Positions 12,482-24,097 of a stretch of 64,000 bases of DNA are shown here, piece after piece. The notes below the pieces were generated by a model. It was not told the origin of the DNA. It did not search any database and was given only the letters and a program-made list of their open reading frames with translations. Source of the stretch: Mayamaea pseudoterrestris (Eukaryota); assembly GCA_027923505.1 (NCBI GenBank), contig BROI01000012.1, positions 248,001 through 312,000 on the forward strand, given 5' to 3'. The position numbers were made by a program, and so were the translations under genes. The stretch's first letter is position 1; every line of letters begins with the position of its first letter.

Positions 12482-14441
12482 CTACTGCCGCTCCTGATCT
12501 TCCTCCTGCTGCAACTGTTCCATGGCCTTGTGCCACTCCTCGTCTAATTGATTCGCCGAATCGCGGTTCGGCTCGTAGACGGCTTGACTGAGCGACCGCG
12601 TCATGTTTTCCAGCAGTTGCTCCGGCGTAATGCCCTGCGTCTCGGGCAAGGCGGTCCAGGAAAACATAAAGACGCCTCCCAATATAGCGGCAAACGGAGC
12701 AAAGGTATATGGTCCAAGGTACGCAGTGACGTAGGGAAATATGAAGCCAATGATAAAGTTGCTGAGAGTAAAGAATGTAGATTGTAGACATTGTGAGCAG
12801 CAGACGCGATGTCACAATTCAATATCGATACCAAAGCACTTACCCAGCCCAATTGACTTGACATGACAGCGACATGGCCGTTGCCACGTACTTTCCTTCA
12901 AACATTTCGGCGACAATGAGCCACGGAATCGGTCCAAGTCCAAATTCGAAAAAGCTCACGTACGAGCATAGCGCAAACAGAGACCAAATGTTTCCCAAGT
13001 AACCAAGCAAGGCGAACACAATCACGAGACAGCTGAGAAACATTCCACCCGAGCTCCACAGCAGCAACGTCTTGCGTCCGCAGGAATCCATCAAGAACAA
13101 GACGGCAAAGGTTGCCAGCACGTTGATGGCACTGACAATGGTTGTTCCCACCAATGGATTGTCAATGACGCCTTCGAAAAAGGCGGTCGAGTAGTAAAAG
13201 ACGGCATTGACGCCGCTAAACTGCTGACCCACTTGCAACACAAGTGCCGAAATGAGCAGCGTTCGAATCTTGGGTCGTTTCCACATGTCCTTCAACACTT
13301 CCGTCGTACTCTTCATTTCCTGATTTTGCGCCGACGATCCCATGACGAAATGCCCCACCTCCGTTTCCACCTCATGGTCGTAGCGCAAGCCCCGCAGTCG
13401 CTTGACGATATATCGCGCCTTGATTGACTTTGGATCACGTCCCAGCAACCAACGCGGCGACTCGAGCAGAAACGGCGCCAGCAGCAGCAAAATCACGGAC
13501 AAGACTGGCGTGACGGCAAACAGCAGTCGCCACTGCTTCTCATTGGCAAACGGAAACGCCAGCAGGTTGGCCACTAAGATGCCAATGACCATGGCGAACT
13601 GCGTGAGCGTGCCCAGCATGCCGCGCAGCGTCGGCGGCGCCAGCTCGCCCAAGTAGATTGGTACCAGTACACTGGAGAAACCACTGGCGAAACCAATGAT
13701 GAAGCGACTAATGGTCATCATGACCATGTTGAGCGCCAGCGTTTGCAGTAGGCCGCCAATCAAAAACGTCCAGGTGCAGAGTAGTAGTGCGCCGCGTCGG
13801 CCGCGTGAATCCGCCAGTATTCCACCCGCCACGGCGCCAAAGGGTCCCCCCAAGCAAAAGGCGCTCACCGCCAAGCTCCACTCTAAAGTCGTATGCGACG
13901 GAAACACTACGGCGGCGGGTGCGTTCATGACTCCCAAATTGTAGCCGCCAATGAACTGGCAGGCCGAGGCGCACAAGACGGCGCAGACGAGGGGCATGGT
14001 CACGACGGAGGCGTCAAACTCGAGTTCGTCCATGATGGTGGCGGAGGTAAAGGAGCGGCGGTCGGTGTTGTTGTTGTTGCTCTCTTTCCCATTGCTGATA
14101 CTATTATTATTGTTATGTCCATCTTCCATACTCTTGTATGCCGCCAAATCGGATTGACTCGCCGCATACTGCGCAAAGGTTTCGCTAATGCTGCGCTCAT
14201 GCTTTTGCAGTCCATGCACCGCCTGAAAGGGAACCTCCTTGTATAGCTCGAGTCGACCAAGCTCCGTCGGCGTCAAAAAGTATCCGGGCGAGCCATTGGC
14301 GGCGACGGAATATGATTTTGGCAAACCCGCCACTTGTAGGTCGGGAATGGAAAAGGTTCCCAGTGAGGAAGTTCCTCCGAGTGCGCCAATGGAATGGGAG
14401 CGACCGGCGCGAGAAAGTAGCGAGTTATTGTCGTGCGACAT
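12482..14441 (-). CDS. MFS sugar porter (GLUT-like), 2 exons (14441-12844, 12761-12482)
   Basis: [36 protein letters not shown] and LPETQG motifs; GTAAGT...CAG intron restores [13 protein letters not shown]. Confidence 0.9.
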
Positions 14442-14987
14442 TGATCTGGCATGTCGTGATGATGACGACGAGTATGACTGCAGGTAAAAGTGGAAAGTGA
14501 AAATGAACGAATGAATGAGCAAAGATTCGACTGCTGCTGCTGCTGCTGCTGCTGCATCTATCGTCACATCTTCTACTCGCTTTATATCTCTCGCTCATTG
14601 CAGCTTCCACGTCCCATGCTGCTGCTGCTGTCTGACTTTTGGACTGCAGCAGTTCATGGTTTTCTTTCGTTTTTGCAAACACGCACGTACCGGTCGAGCA
14701 TCACTGGCAGCCCGCTGAAGGAGCGATTGTCGCTCTTCCTCGTTTGATTGCGGCATGCTCTGATGCTACACAAGTCTAGAGAGACTGCCTGCCACTTGAA
14801 AAATAAATGACAAGGTCGGTATGGCGACGCAGCATCTGCTGTGGTTGCTCGATCGTCTTCGGCGGCAATTTCAAAATGGCGCGGTGGCCGATCTTGACTG
14901 TCGCAGCGGTTTCTTTTCTATCTCTCCGGTACTCGAACTTTTCCTCTGTCCATTTTTCTCGCGCTCCACAAAACCGTCGCATCCACC

Positions 14988-15419
14988 ATGGCATCCACGA
15001 CTCGACCTCCGCCGCAACTCAATCCATTCTACATTGAGGAAGGCGCCTACGTATTGGATGGTGACTATGACGACGATATTTATTGCGATGACTGTTTATC
15101 GGATGACGAGGAAGGCGCGTCGCTGATACAAGCAGCAGTCCACTCCAAAGCAGCACGAGTCAATGGAACGTCACGACGAAGTCAGCAGCAGCAGCAAACG
15201 AGCAAGCTTTCCATTCGCTCCATGTTCTCTTGCTGCTTTCTATTAATCATTATGACTGTTTTGGTGTGGCTGTTTCGATTCCAACATGCCGTCGAACATG
15301 TCACATATACGAATGAAGAATGGAGCGGCGCTGACAATGTAACAATGTCGGATATATCGCAGCATCCATCGACCGTCACTACCAAGTCAAACAAGACGAG
15401 GATTATGTTGGAAGAATAG
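14988..15419 (+). CDS. Small single-pass membrane protein
   Basis: 143-aa ORF with acidic N-terminus and one hydrophobic segment. Confidence 0.45.
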   Translation: MASTTRPPPQLNPFYIEEGAYVLDGDYDDDIYCDDCLSDDEEGASLIQAAVHSKAARVNGTSRRSQQQQQTSKLSIRSMFSCCFLLIIMTVLVWLFRFQHAVEHVTYTNEEWSGADNVTMSDISQHPSTVTTKSNKTRIMLEE

Positions 15420-16501
15420 TTTAGCTCGTTTGTGCGGCCATGACGTTTCGGATGCAAACCTCCGTCGAGAAGTATTGCCAATGGTTATTTCAGAGCAGGC
15501 CAATGGACACCACATGTCGCACCTTTCGCAGTGTTCAATCAAGGCTTTGCATGGCAAGACTGGCGAATGGCTTGATTCTGCACGATATAGGTACTGCGCA
15601 TTGTCCTGCTTGGTCCAGCAGGAGAATGCTTGATCACATGATTCAACTGCGATAGCCGGCGGCGCTGGCAGGACGTTTGGCAATTGGCAAGCCACACGAG
15701 CACTAAAGCCAGCGTACTGTTTACGCAACTAACGAGCTCTTTAGTGACTTTTGTACAGGGCAGACTCGGCAAAGAACGCAGTGGCCAATGCATTGGCAAT
15801 GAGTGCTGGGTAAATTGTAACTTCAAAGCTTCAAGCTAACACATCATAGTAGCTGATGCGTATGCACTCGAATATACATCTTACGTTTCTGCAAATGATT
15901 ACATATTTGTTCAAGAGTATTGATGCTGCAGCTCTTTCGCTTTGCGAGCAAGCAGATGACGACGAAAACTCTGGAGAGTTTTGGGGTTTAATGTTTGATA
16001 CTCCTAACAATCAATGAGGGCAACGGCGAAAATTAGATGCGGAACATCAGGTAAACACCATTTCCCCTCTTCCGCAAATCAGTAATCCTTTAGCACTGAT
16101 GGACTGACTATGAATCTATGAAGGCAGAGCGAATCGGATGGGCATTCCGGGAGCGATTTTGCGAATTGTAACTACCATCTTGCTTATTTCAGTAACTGTT
16201 ACGTACTGTATCTTCCCAACCTGCGAACAAGAGTATACATTAAAAGTTCCATCAACCGGTACAGTGATCAATACAAACGCTTCACGTGCTATACTACCTT
16301 ATCAGACGCGATACTAGCGATTGCATGGCCTACCGTACACGTATTCAACATGAAGAACTGGAAAAATGAGATGCCGACGCCCTGGGGAGAGTCACAATTG
16401 CTATTGAACGACCGACTTCAACCATGTCGACGCCACCAAGCCATAAAACTTCAATGTAACAGGACAAATGACTAAAGGCAATAGTAATTGGATATTGCCC
16501 T

Positions 16502-18286
16502 ATGACCTGGCGTAGGCAAAACACGGAGTCGTGCGACGGAAGAATCCTACTCGTAAAACGCTCGATCATCTCGCATCCCTCATCCGCAGCACAAAGTGAA
16601 ATGATGCAGCTTAATTGTGAATGTGATACTCATTCCGGGATTACAAATGGTGCTGATCATGACAATAGAAACGAGGAAGCAATAAACTCGTCGACTTTAC
16701 CGAAAGGTCGACCCAAGAGGAATCGCCGATCGTGGCTCATGACGAGCAAATTCCTCCCAGATTTTGCCCCTGCTACTCCACGCCGCAGCAATAGCTCACG
16801 AATGTCTTTCACAAAGAACCAAGCGCACACTGCTGATGTATTATTAGAGTATGATAAGAGTGTTGAAGACTTGCAATCTCCAGTAGAATGTCGAGAGAAA
16901 AGCGTCGCCCAAGACCGTGAAACATTTGAGGCACAAGCGCAACAATCGTTTTTGAGCGACCTGAGTGATCCAAGAATAGAAACGGAGCGCGGGGTTCTTC
17001 CCGATTTTAAACTATTTCATGAGGGCTCGCATCAGCCTCCAACATTACCCAGGAGGCGGCCGACGCTAACCAAGCCTCGGCTATCGCTACTGGAAAAGAT
17101 GCGCTGGAGGCGACATAGTTCCAAGTGTAGCAGCACTGAAGAGATGACTGACGTGACCCTTTTGAATGATCTTGGCACCGCTCCCTTGACGGGCACTTTG
17201 TCTGCCGAACAAGGCGATTCAAATGACGAGGTTCCACGTGTGCATCTTCTCAGGCGCCGCACAAGGAATCAGATGGAAAGGCTTTTTGGCTTGGCGGCTG
17301 GCGAGATTCAAGATCCCTCAGAGAGCGATAGCTCCAACGAAAATGACGTCAAAGATGATGATTTGACTGAGATCCATGCCATGGTAGCCCATGATCAGCT
17401 GCGGCACGAGCAGCAAAGATCTGGTGTTTTGAGCATGCCAAGAAGGAAAAGCAGTGCACTGCAGTTGTTATCATTGAGACGTACAGACGCTATGGAGCAA
17501 AAACCGCCAAAGCAACCGAGGCGTCGAAGTAGCACTGACGAGACACTAAAGGTGCCTGTTCATCAAGTCAGAGGCATTACGGAAGGAGAGCCACGGGCTG
17601 AGATGTTGACTGATAAAACTCGTCCATTTTTGCTGCGTCGTCAAAGCAGTATCGTTCGCCTGGTAGCTCAGAGGTTTGTTCAAGACATTGCGACAGATGA
17701 TAACGAAGCCAAATCACATGTGGTAGCAGCCGATGTGCAAAGGAAAGAGAGTGTGACGCTGAGTTTGGGAACACAAGAAATGCTAACAGACATGTCGCAA
17801 GGGCGCCATCAGTCAGATTGCATACTTTCTACTCAACCAGTAGAAACACTTCCTTGTCGTTTTAATGCGAATAAGAATCAGTGTTCCGTCGCGCTAGACA
17901 ATGAAGGTCCATCATCAAGTTCCGCCTTAAAGCATTGCTTGTCTAATGACGATCACCGTGACGCTTTTGCCTCTAAAGCCGAACGTCACAAACTACAACT
18001 TCTCCAATCAGTCGAAAGGGTGGACTTTGCATGCTTGAATACAGTCGTTGAAGGCGAGATTGAAAATTCACGCTTTTTCGATGAAGTCAGCAGCCCTCTC
18101 AGCCTAGTCGAGGATTCGACTAACGAAAGTCGCACGTCCTTGGAAAAGCCAATTGAGGTGATCCTGGAGCGCGACCCGAGATCTCCTGCGACTATGGCTA
18201 GTGCTCCTTCTTCTAAAGCAAGTTCTCGAGCCAGGTTAGGCCAAATGGTCATCAAGAGACTTCAGAATTCACGGTCAAATCGTTAG
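16502..18286 (+). CDS. Disordered RRxS-rich protein, tandem paralog 1
   Basis: 594-aa ORF sharing RNRRSWLMTSKFLPD..PATPRRS and other blocks with the next gene. Confidence 0.7.
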   Translation: MTWRRQNTESCDGRILLVKRSIISHPSSAAQSEMMQLNCECDTHSGITNGADHDNRNEEAINSSTLPKGRPKRNRRSWLMTSKFLPDFAPATPRRSNSSRMSFTKNQAHTADVLLEYDKSVEDLQSPVECREKSVAQDRETFEAQAQQSFLSDLSDPRIETERGVLPDFKLFHEGSHQPPTLPRRRPTLTKPRLSLLEKMRWRRHSSKCSSTEEMTDVTLLNDLGTAPLTGTLSAEQGDSNDEVPRVHLLRRRTRNQMERLFGLAAGEIQDPSESDSSNENDVKDDDLTEIHAMVAHDQLRHEQQRSGVLSMPRRKSSALQLLSLRRTDAMEQKPPKQPRRRSSTDETLKVPVHQVRGITEGEPRAEMLTDKTRPFLLRRQSSIVRLVAQRFVQDIATDDNEAKSHVVAADVQRKESVTLSLGTQEMLTDMSQGRHQSDCILSTQPVETLPCRFNANKNQCSVALDNEGPSSSSALKHCLSNDDHRDAFASKAERHKLQLLQSVERVDFACLNTVVEGEIENSRFFDEVSSPLSLVEDSTNESRTSLEKPIEVILERDPRSPATMASAPSSKASSRARLGQMVIKRLQNSRSNR

Positions 18287-18748
18287 ATCAAACGAGCCAC
18301 TATGTTCTCGAGATAACCGTAATTGCTAGAATGCTTGCAGGCTAGCTACTTAAACCTTCGCCGAGCACATAATATGATGATACTGGAGTATCGGTTAGCT
18401 AAAGATACAGTACTTGAATACTACCGGTAGTACATACCATAACAATTATGGCGACGCTCCGTTTCGTTTAGCGGGACCCGTTGTGCAAGAATCAATGACT
18501 GCTACCACCGGTAGGGCAATACAAGTACGAAACTGACGTACTCCGTTGGCTGTTTTGAGGTTAATAATCATCTTGAAAACAAGTCACGATGACCTTCCAC
18601 GCGCCCACCCACCATCGACCATGACGAATGCCTGCATGAAACAAGACGGATGCTGCGTCCCTGGTTCTCGTAATCAAGAAGTGCCATCTAAAAAGCCGTT
18701 CGCCACTGCATGAAGCTCTGCTTGGGTCTGTCTCTATGTTTATGAAGA

Positions 18749-21079
18749 ATGTCTGATGCAGAACACGAAATTAGTACTCCGCTCAACTCGATTGCTGACA
18801 GCAGCGACTTGTTGGTGGATGCACCTCCGATGAATCAGCCGCAAGGTTTAGACTTGCAGCTAGATACAAAATCGTTTAACGGTTCGATCCAAGCTGGAGA
18901 AGATGCAGCTGATACTACGAATGATAATGATTTGCAGCAGGAGCTACAGCAAGATCAGGCCCAAGACGACTTGCAGATTCCACTTAATCGCAATCGCCGA
19001 TCCTGGCTCATGACAAGTAAGTTTCTACCCGACTACTCGCCTGCAACTCCAAGACGAAGTGACAGCTCCATTCACTGCAAACGAAGTCGAGGCGACGGCG
19101 AAAGCGAATCAAGCAGTTTCATACGCGATCACGACACTGTTTCGGAGATTGATGTCACCAACGACTTTGACTCGCGAGGAAACGCCAGACGAACGTCATT
19201 CACCAAGTATCAGCAGCAACAATATGCCATCAAGCAGCAACGGAGTCAAAAGAGTATCATTAGCGACTTGTCCGTGTCGAATAACAGTCCGGATTTGTCG
19301 GAAATCAATGTCAATAGAGCCCATCCCAACCTCATTTCACCCAGACAAGTATCGCAAAAGTCGGTCGTCAGTGACTTGTCGGATGAAATGATTATCATGA
19401 GGACGAATGAACCGAAACGTCCCAAGCGAGGCCGCAAGCGGCAGCCTCCGATGAATAATGATGGCAAGATGCAGCAGCAGCAGCAGCAGCAGCAATCCAG
19501 TCCGGCCATGCCCGTGCGACGGCCAACCTTGACCAAGTCTCGGTTTCCGCTCTTTCAAAGCTCTCGCTCCAAGCGGCAGATAGCAAAGGCGCAAAAGGAA
19601 TATGCTAGCGACGAGGAGGACGAATCTATAGAGGCGGTTACCACTTCGAGTGAGCTTGAGCCTTCCCATCACGGAGCAATTTGCGTCGTAAAGGGTGATG
19701 CACAAGCTTTGGCGAAGGAAACAGCTGTCGACAACCCTTGGAATGATGCTCACGAGCAAGAGTTGCCGCCTGCCATGACGGCGGCTCCACGAATGCCGTC
19801 GAGGCGCAGTACGAAAAACTCGTTCGATCGTTTCATGGAGTCGCATGGTGGTGAAATAGAGGATCCATCCGTGGCTCCTCCTGACAAGGTTCCGTCACGA
19901 GACGGTAACGCCCCGAGGATGCCAAAACGCAAGGCGTCGATTGTTGAAATGATTTCCCGGCGGTTCCTTGGCGTCGAGGCAGCCGAAAGAATCGAACCGA
20001 CTTTAGAGCAACGAGCCGATATTGAGCCTTTAGGTTCTATGGCCCCGAATTCGCCGCAAAGACAACGCAGTTTCAGGAAAGTGTTGAGAACATCGTTTCG
20101 GAGAACCAAAAGCACCGAAGGACGTATCGCAGCATCGCCGCAAGGAAAAGGTGTTCCGGAACAAACCGCGGCCGTGCCGAGAAATTTGAGGCGTCGCACT
20201 AATATCGCTCAAGTGCTTGTTAGATCTTTTCGACGTAGCGATATTGACGACAACACTACCGTTCAAGCCGTGCCGCAGCTTCGAGAGACCAGCGATCGGA
20301 CGGGGGCTCCGGTATTACCAAGACGTCAAGAAAGTATTGCGGAACTACTACCAACGTCGTTTCGGCGAGGTAAACAAGCTCAACAAGGCAATGCCTCGCC
20401 GATCGCCGGTCAGCAAAAAAGAGAGATGAGAGAAAAGTTGCAGAACCACCGAATGAGCCATAACATTTCTCATGATGCGCCGACCACGAAAGTTAATGAG
20501 CCTCTAAGCGATTCGGATCAAGACAAGAGACCTTTGATATTTTCTCTTCAAGAAGTGGACGACGAGCGGCATGGGGGCACAGGCGCTAGCAGCCAGGCTA
20601 GCTATTCGTCGCGTCTTAACTCGCTGTGGCACCAGCGCATCTTACCCAGGCGAGAGAATGGTAAATTTTACTTCCGTCGAGCTAATGCCAAGCCGCAATC
20701 AAATGATGAAGAAGAGTTTTTAGTGATTGCTTCTGTAACTGCCTTTCGTCCCAAGCGACTGCGGAAGTCGAAAGAGAAGTGTGACGGGGATTATGATAGC
20801 GACAAAGTGTTTGCGAAGCAATCAATTAAAATGAGCTTGGACACGGTTGCGGAGGGTAGTACAGAGTTTTCGCGCGCGATGAATACAGTCAGCAGCTCTG
20901 TAAACCTCGGGGATTTAGCAAGCTACAACAATGTTGAAAGCAAAAACGGCAGCACTGCAAACGATATTACATTGAGCACTGTGGATTGCAGTGCACTTGG
21001 TGTGGCATCCATTGGCTCGCAAAAAGCAACGTGCCAATCGATAACCAAACAGTTGCCGTTCCTACCTTCGCAAAAATAG
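18749..21079 (+). CDS. Disordered RRxS-rich protein, tandem paralog 2
   Basis: 776-aa ORF with the same motif order as 16502-18286; polyQ tract near 19470. Confidence 0.75.
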   Translation: MSDAEHEISTPLNSIADSSDLLVDAPPMNQPQGLDLQLDTKSFNGSIQAGEDAADTTNDNDLQQELQQDQAQDDLQIPLNRNRRSWLMTSKFLPDYSPATPRRSDSSIHCKRSRGDGESESSSFIRDHDTVSEIDVTNDFDSRGNARRTSFTKYQQQQYAIKQQRSQKSIISDLSVSNNSPDLSEINVNRAHPNLISPRQVSQKSVVSDLSDEMIIMRTNEPKRPKRGRKRQPPMNNDGKMQQQQQQQQSSPAMPVRRPTLTKSRFPLFQSSRSKRQIAKAQKEYASDEEDESIEAVTTSSELEPSHHGAICVVKGDAQALAKETAVDNPWNDAHEQELPPAMTAAPRMPSRRSTKNSFDRFMESHGGEIEDPSVAPPDKVPSRDGNAPRMPKRKASIVEMISRRFLGVEAAERIEPTLEQRADIEPLGSMAPNSPQRQRSFRKVLRTSFRRTKSTEGRIAASPQGKGVPEQTAAVPRNLRRRTNIAQVLVRSFRRSDIDDNTTVQAVPQLRETSDRTGAPVLPRRQESIAELLPTSFRRGKQAQQGNASPIAGQQKREMREKLQNHRMSHNISHDAPTTKVNEPLSDSDQDKRPLIFSLQEVDDERHGGTGASSQASYSSRLNSLWHQRILPRRENGKFYFRRANAKPQSNDEEEFLVIASVTAFRPKRLRKSKEKCDGDYDSDKVFAKQSIKMSLDTVAEGSTEFSRAMNTVSSSVNLGDLASYNNVESKNGSTANDITLSTVDCSALGVASIGSQKATCQSITKQLPFLPSQK

Positions 21080-21524
21080 CAGAATGAATTAAGTGTCCAA
21101 AAGTCGATGATTTACATTCAGCTTCTGGTCGAGCAAACATGCAGAACCAAGTCACCTCTGCCTTTTCGTGCGAATTCATGTTTCCGAACGACATGGATCG
21201 ATCAGCTCATGTTGCTGCCGCTTAAGCGTCGAATGGTGGAAATGGTGTTGACTGTGATTGCGATCAACGCTTTCACAGTCGCCAAGCTTAAGTTATGTCT
21301 TGGTTTTTGTAATGGGTCGAAACTGTTCGTGACACTGTACTAAGCCTTATCTAATTTTAGCAAAAATAGAACCTGCAAATAGACTTGTAAAGCATTTACT
21401 GCCGGCGCTCAGGAAAATGGTTACCAGTTTCGACTCAATGCATCGCCAACGAGCACAAGCTTTGCGTGCAGTCACTCAATCTACCACCAACATTCCTAGA
21501 TCGAGCTGTTTTTCGTCATTTAAT

Positions 21525-22808
21525 TTATGACGAGCCGCGAGCATTCCTCATCAACTTGTTCATCCACTCTTGCTTGTCATGCTGGAATCGTCCCAGCCGC
21601 TTGCTGGCAAAGATGAGATAGTCGAAGTCTTCGCACCCATCCATGGACGCTTGGTTGACCGCCCACAGTCCCCAGTAAAGGTGATTGACCATTTGGAAAA
21701 AGTAAATCTGTTCCAGCAGCGCATCGATGCGGGCGTTGCCGTCAGAGTTGACGACATTCGATTCGTTGTTGGTGTCAAGCTTGGTGACGCTGATTTGGTC
21801 TACAGTCTTGGTCATCATCGTTTGGCGACTAGCATCAACTTGCTCCAAATAAGCTTTTAGAAAGCCTCTTTGAGCTGTAGGAGTCGGCAACCAATCATAG
21901 TTTGGAACCGTCCCGGGCTCGGTACCGCCTGCATATTCGTTCCAGTGGTTGGCCAAGTCAAACATTGCGTAGTTAAAGTTGCCATACTCAAAGTCAATGA
22001 GTTGAATCTTTCGAGTAGCGTCATTCAGCAATACGTTTGCTCCAAGCAAGTCATTGTGACAGAAGGCAATGGTTGGAGGCTCTGCTAGCGACTGCATCGT
22101 TTCCTTGAGCCAACATATTTTATTGGCATATTGCTCAAGCTGCAGCTCCCTTGCGCGACTAGTATCAATATCATTTTGAAAGCTTGCCGCGATTGCCTGC
22201 GCGCCCCAGTCACCTAGCTGCGCCCAAATCATTGGCTGATGGTTGCCATTGCTTGAGGCTGTTGTAATGAAACATTCCGTGTGTAGCTTTGCCAGTTGCT
22301 TGGCAATACCATGCGCTAAAGTCGGTTCATTCAATTCATTCACAGTCAATGGACGCATGTCATTCATCCATCCTTCGAGTCGACCGTTTGCGAAGCGTCC
22401 AACGTAGGGCGGTGCCATGTTCATGTCGGAGAGTATTGCTAGCGATGCCGTTTCCAAGTCGCGATCAATCAAGCCAACGGCTCCAAAAATGCGAACCAAA
22501 ATGCTGCTTTTGGCGGAAATGTCAACGCGAAAGAGCTGATTCGTAATACCTCCCATGATTGGAGTGACTTTCCATGATGCTGTCGATTCCGCAGTTGAAA
22601 AAGAAACATGCTTCTTGCAGTAGAAAAGCACCTTCGCCACGACGGCTCGAATGTTGTCGTGATCATCTGTATTTATCACGGCGAGTCGAGGAAGATAGGG
22701 CCTTTCTTGAATAAAGACATATTCTTCAGTCTGTTGCTCACGAGCTGCAATGTATTCGGCCGCATGGAGCTCGCGAGGACTGGTAGAACTGGATGAAGTG
22801 GTTGCCAT
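21525..22808 (-). CDS. Choline/ethanolamine kinase
   Basis: GGITNQLF, LVRIFG, FCHNDLLGANVL, LIDFEYG and FDLANHWNEYAG motifs; start placed at MATTSS (22808). Confidence 0.9.
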   Translation of the reverse strand: MATTSSSSTSPRELHAAEYIAAREQQTEEYVFIQERPYLPRLAVINTDDHDNIRAVVAKVLFYCKKHVSFSTAESTASWKVTPIMGGITNQLFRVDISAKSSILVRIFGAVGLIDRDLETASLAILSDMNMAPPYVGRFANGRLEGWMNDMRPLTVNELNEPTLAHGIAKQLAKLHTECFITTASSNGNHQPMIWAQLGDWGAQAIAASFQNDIDTSRARELQLEQYANKICWLKETMQSLAEPPTIAFCHNDLLGANVLLNDATRKIQLIDFEYGNFNYAMFDLANHWNEYAGGTEPGTVPNYDWLPTPTAQRGFLKAYLEQVDASRQTMMTKTVDQISVTKLDTNNESNVVNSDGNARIDALLEQIYFFQMVNHLYWGLWAVNQASMDGCEDFDYLIFASKRLGRFQHDKQEWMNKLMRNARGSS

Positions 22809-24097
22809 GGTGGAACGAGTTGAATTGTGAGGATCGGCACGTCGATCGAAACGGGGGCTATAGTCGGACGTACCTATCTTTTCAGTTACGCTTAATTTTG
22901 CTTTCTGTCGGATCGTTATTAAAAAACGCTGTGAGTGATTTTCATCGACTTGGCTTGAAACGAGGTAAGAAGGTAGGCGTCTCCAAGAAACCATAGAAAC
23001 AAGTGAATTATAACGAGCTTTAATCTCTGTCGCATCCTTTTTAAGATATCGCGCAATGTTTGACGGCCAATACGGAGCATGCACCGCATGATGAAGGCGT
23101 GAAGCACCGATGAGGGTCACGTCGCGACGTGACATGGTCAATAACGAGTGGAGCCGGCGTTAATTGCCGGTAGATTACCAGCTCGTCGACCGAAGGCGTC
23201 AAGTATTCATTCCTAAATTGCTGAAACCGGTAGCCAAAGGAGGGAAAGATGATGGATTTCCATCGATTTGATTAAAGCGAGATGAACGACCGTAACTGGC
23301 GTGTGAAGCAATGACGTTGGCCGGGCATCGACGCACTCGCAGCCAATGAGCACTTTCGAACCTCGACGTGCAGCACGTCGATGAGATAAAAGAGTCGCGT
23401 CGACTCTATTTTGGGATGAAAATGCGGGACAAAAGCGACGTACTTGGCCGCGATGCTCAGCTTCATGTGCAAAGGCCATTGCGCGTTTGCCGCTCGAGGA
23501 GGCATATTGCGCCAACAAGGTCACGCAGACAAACGATGATTCCAGAATCTTTAGATTCTTCACAGCGATATCCGCGGCGTTGATTCCATTGGCTCGACGC
23601 ACTTTATCGTGGCAACTCAATAGAATCTGGAGAGTTCGAAGCTGAGTTCGAGTGAACGAATAGAATGATACACATTCTGAATGGACATCGCGGGGCATAT
23701 CACTACGTGATTGTAGGTTCGACCCACGAGTAAATATTATAGACAAGCCTGCTCATGTGATTCACAAAACGAGACTTTCTATGGAAAACTAGTGTTGGGG
23801 CATGGGCTAGTTCATAAGCCTCGGCTACAACACGTCATTGTGAACAGATCCTTCATGCATTTCGAGTCGATTTTGAACGACGAATCTTTCGACCTCCTCA
23901 ATCCTCTCCAAATCCCCAGACCAAATTACATCTCGCTCTCACAAAATCAATTTCGACAGATCTTGATCGCCTGCAGTGAGTTACTAACAGCGCACCACAA
24001 ATTGCTTGCGTATGAATGTCGAAAGAGTACTCACCAACCCTTGTTTTTCCGCAGCCTCGCGTCCTTTGCCCCCTGCACCTCTTGTACCCAAGTCACC

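Noticed and set aside
23710..23730. GGTTCGACCC, tRNA T-loop-like
   Set aside because: No T-stem pairing or cloverleaf.
22809..24097. Upstream ORF extensions of the kinase and DUF285 genes, and the 177-aa ORF at 23213-23746
   Set aside because: No homology cues; better ATG starts lie downstream.
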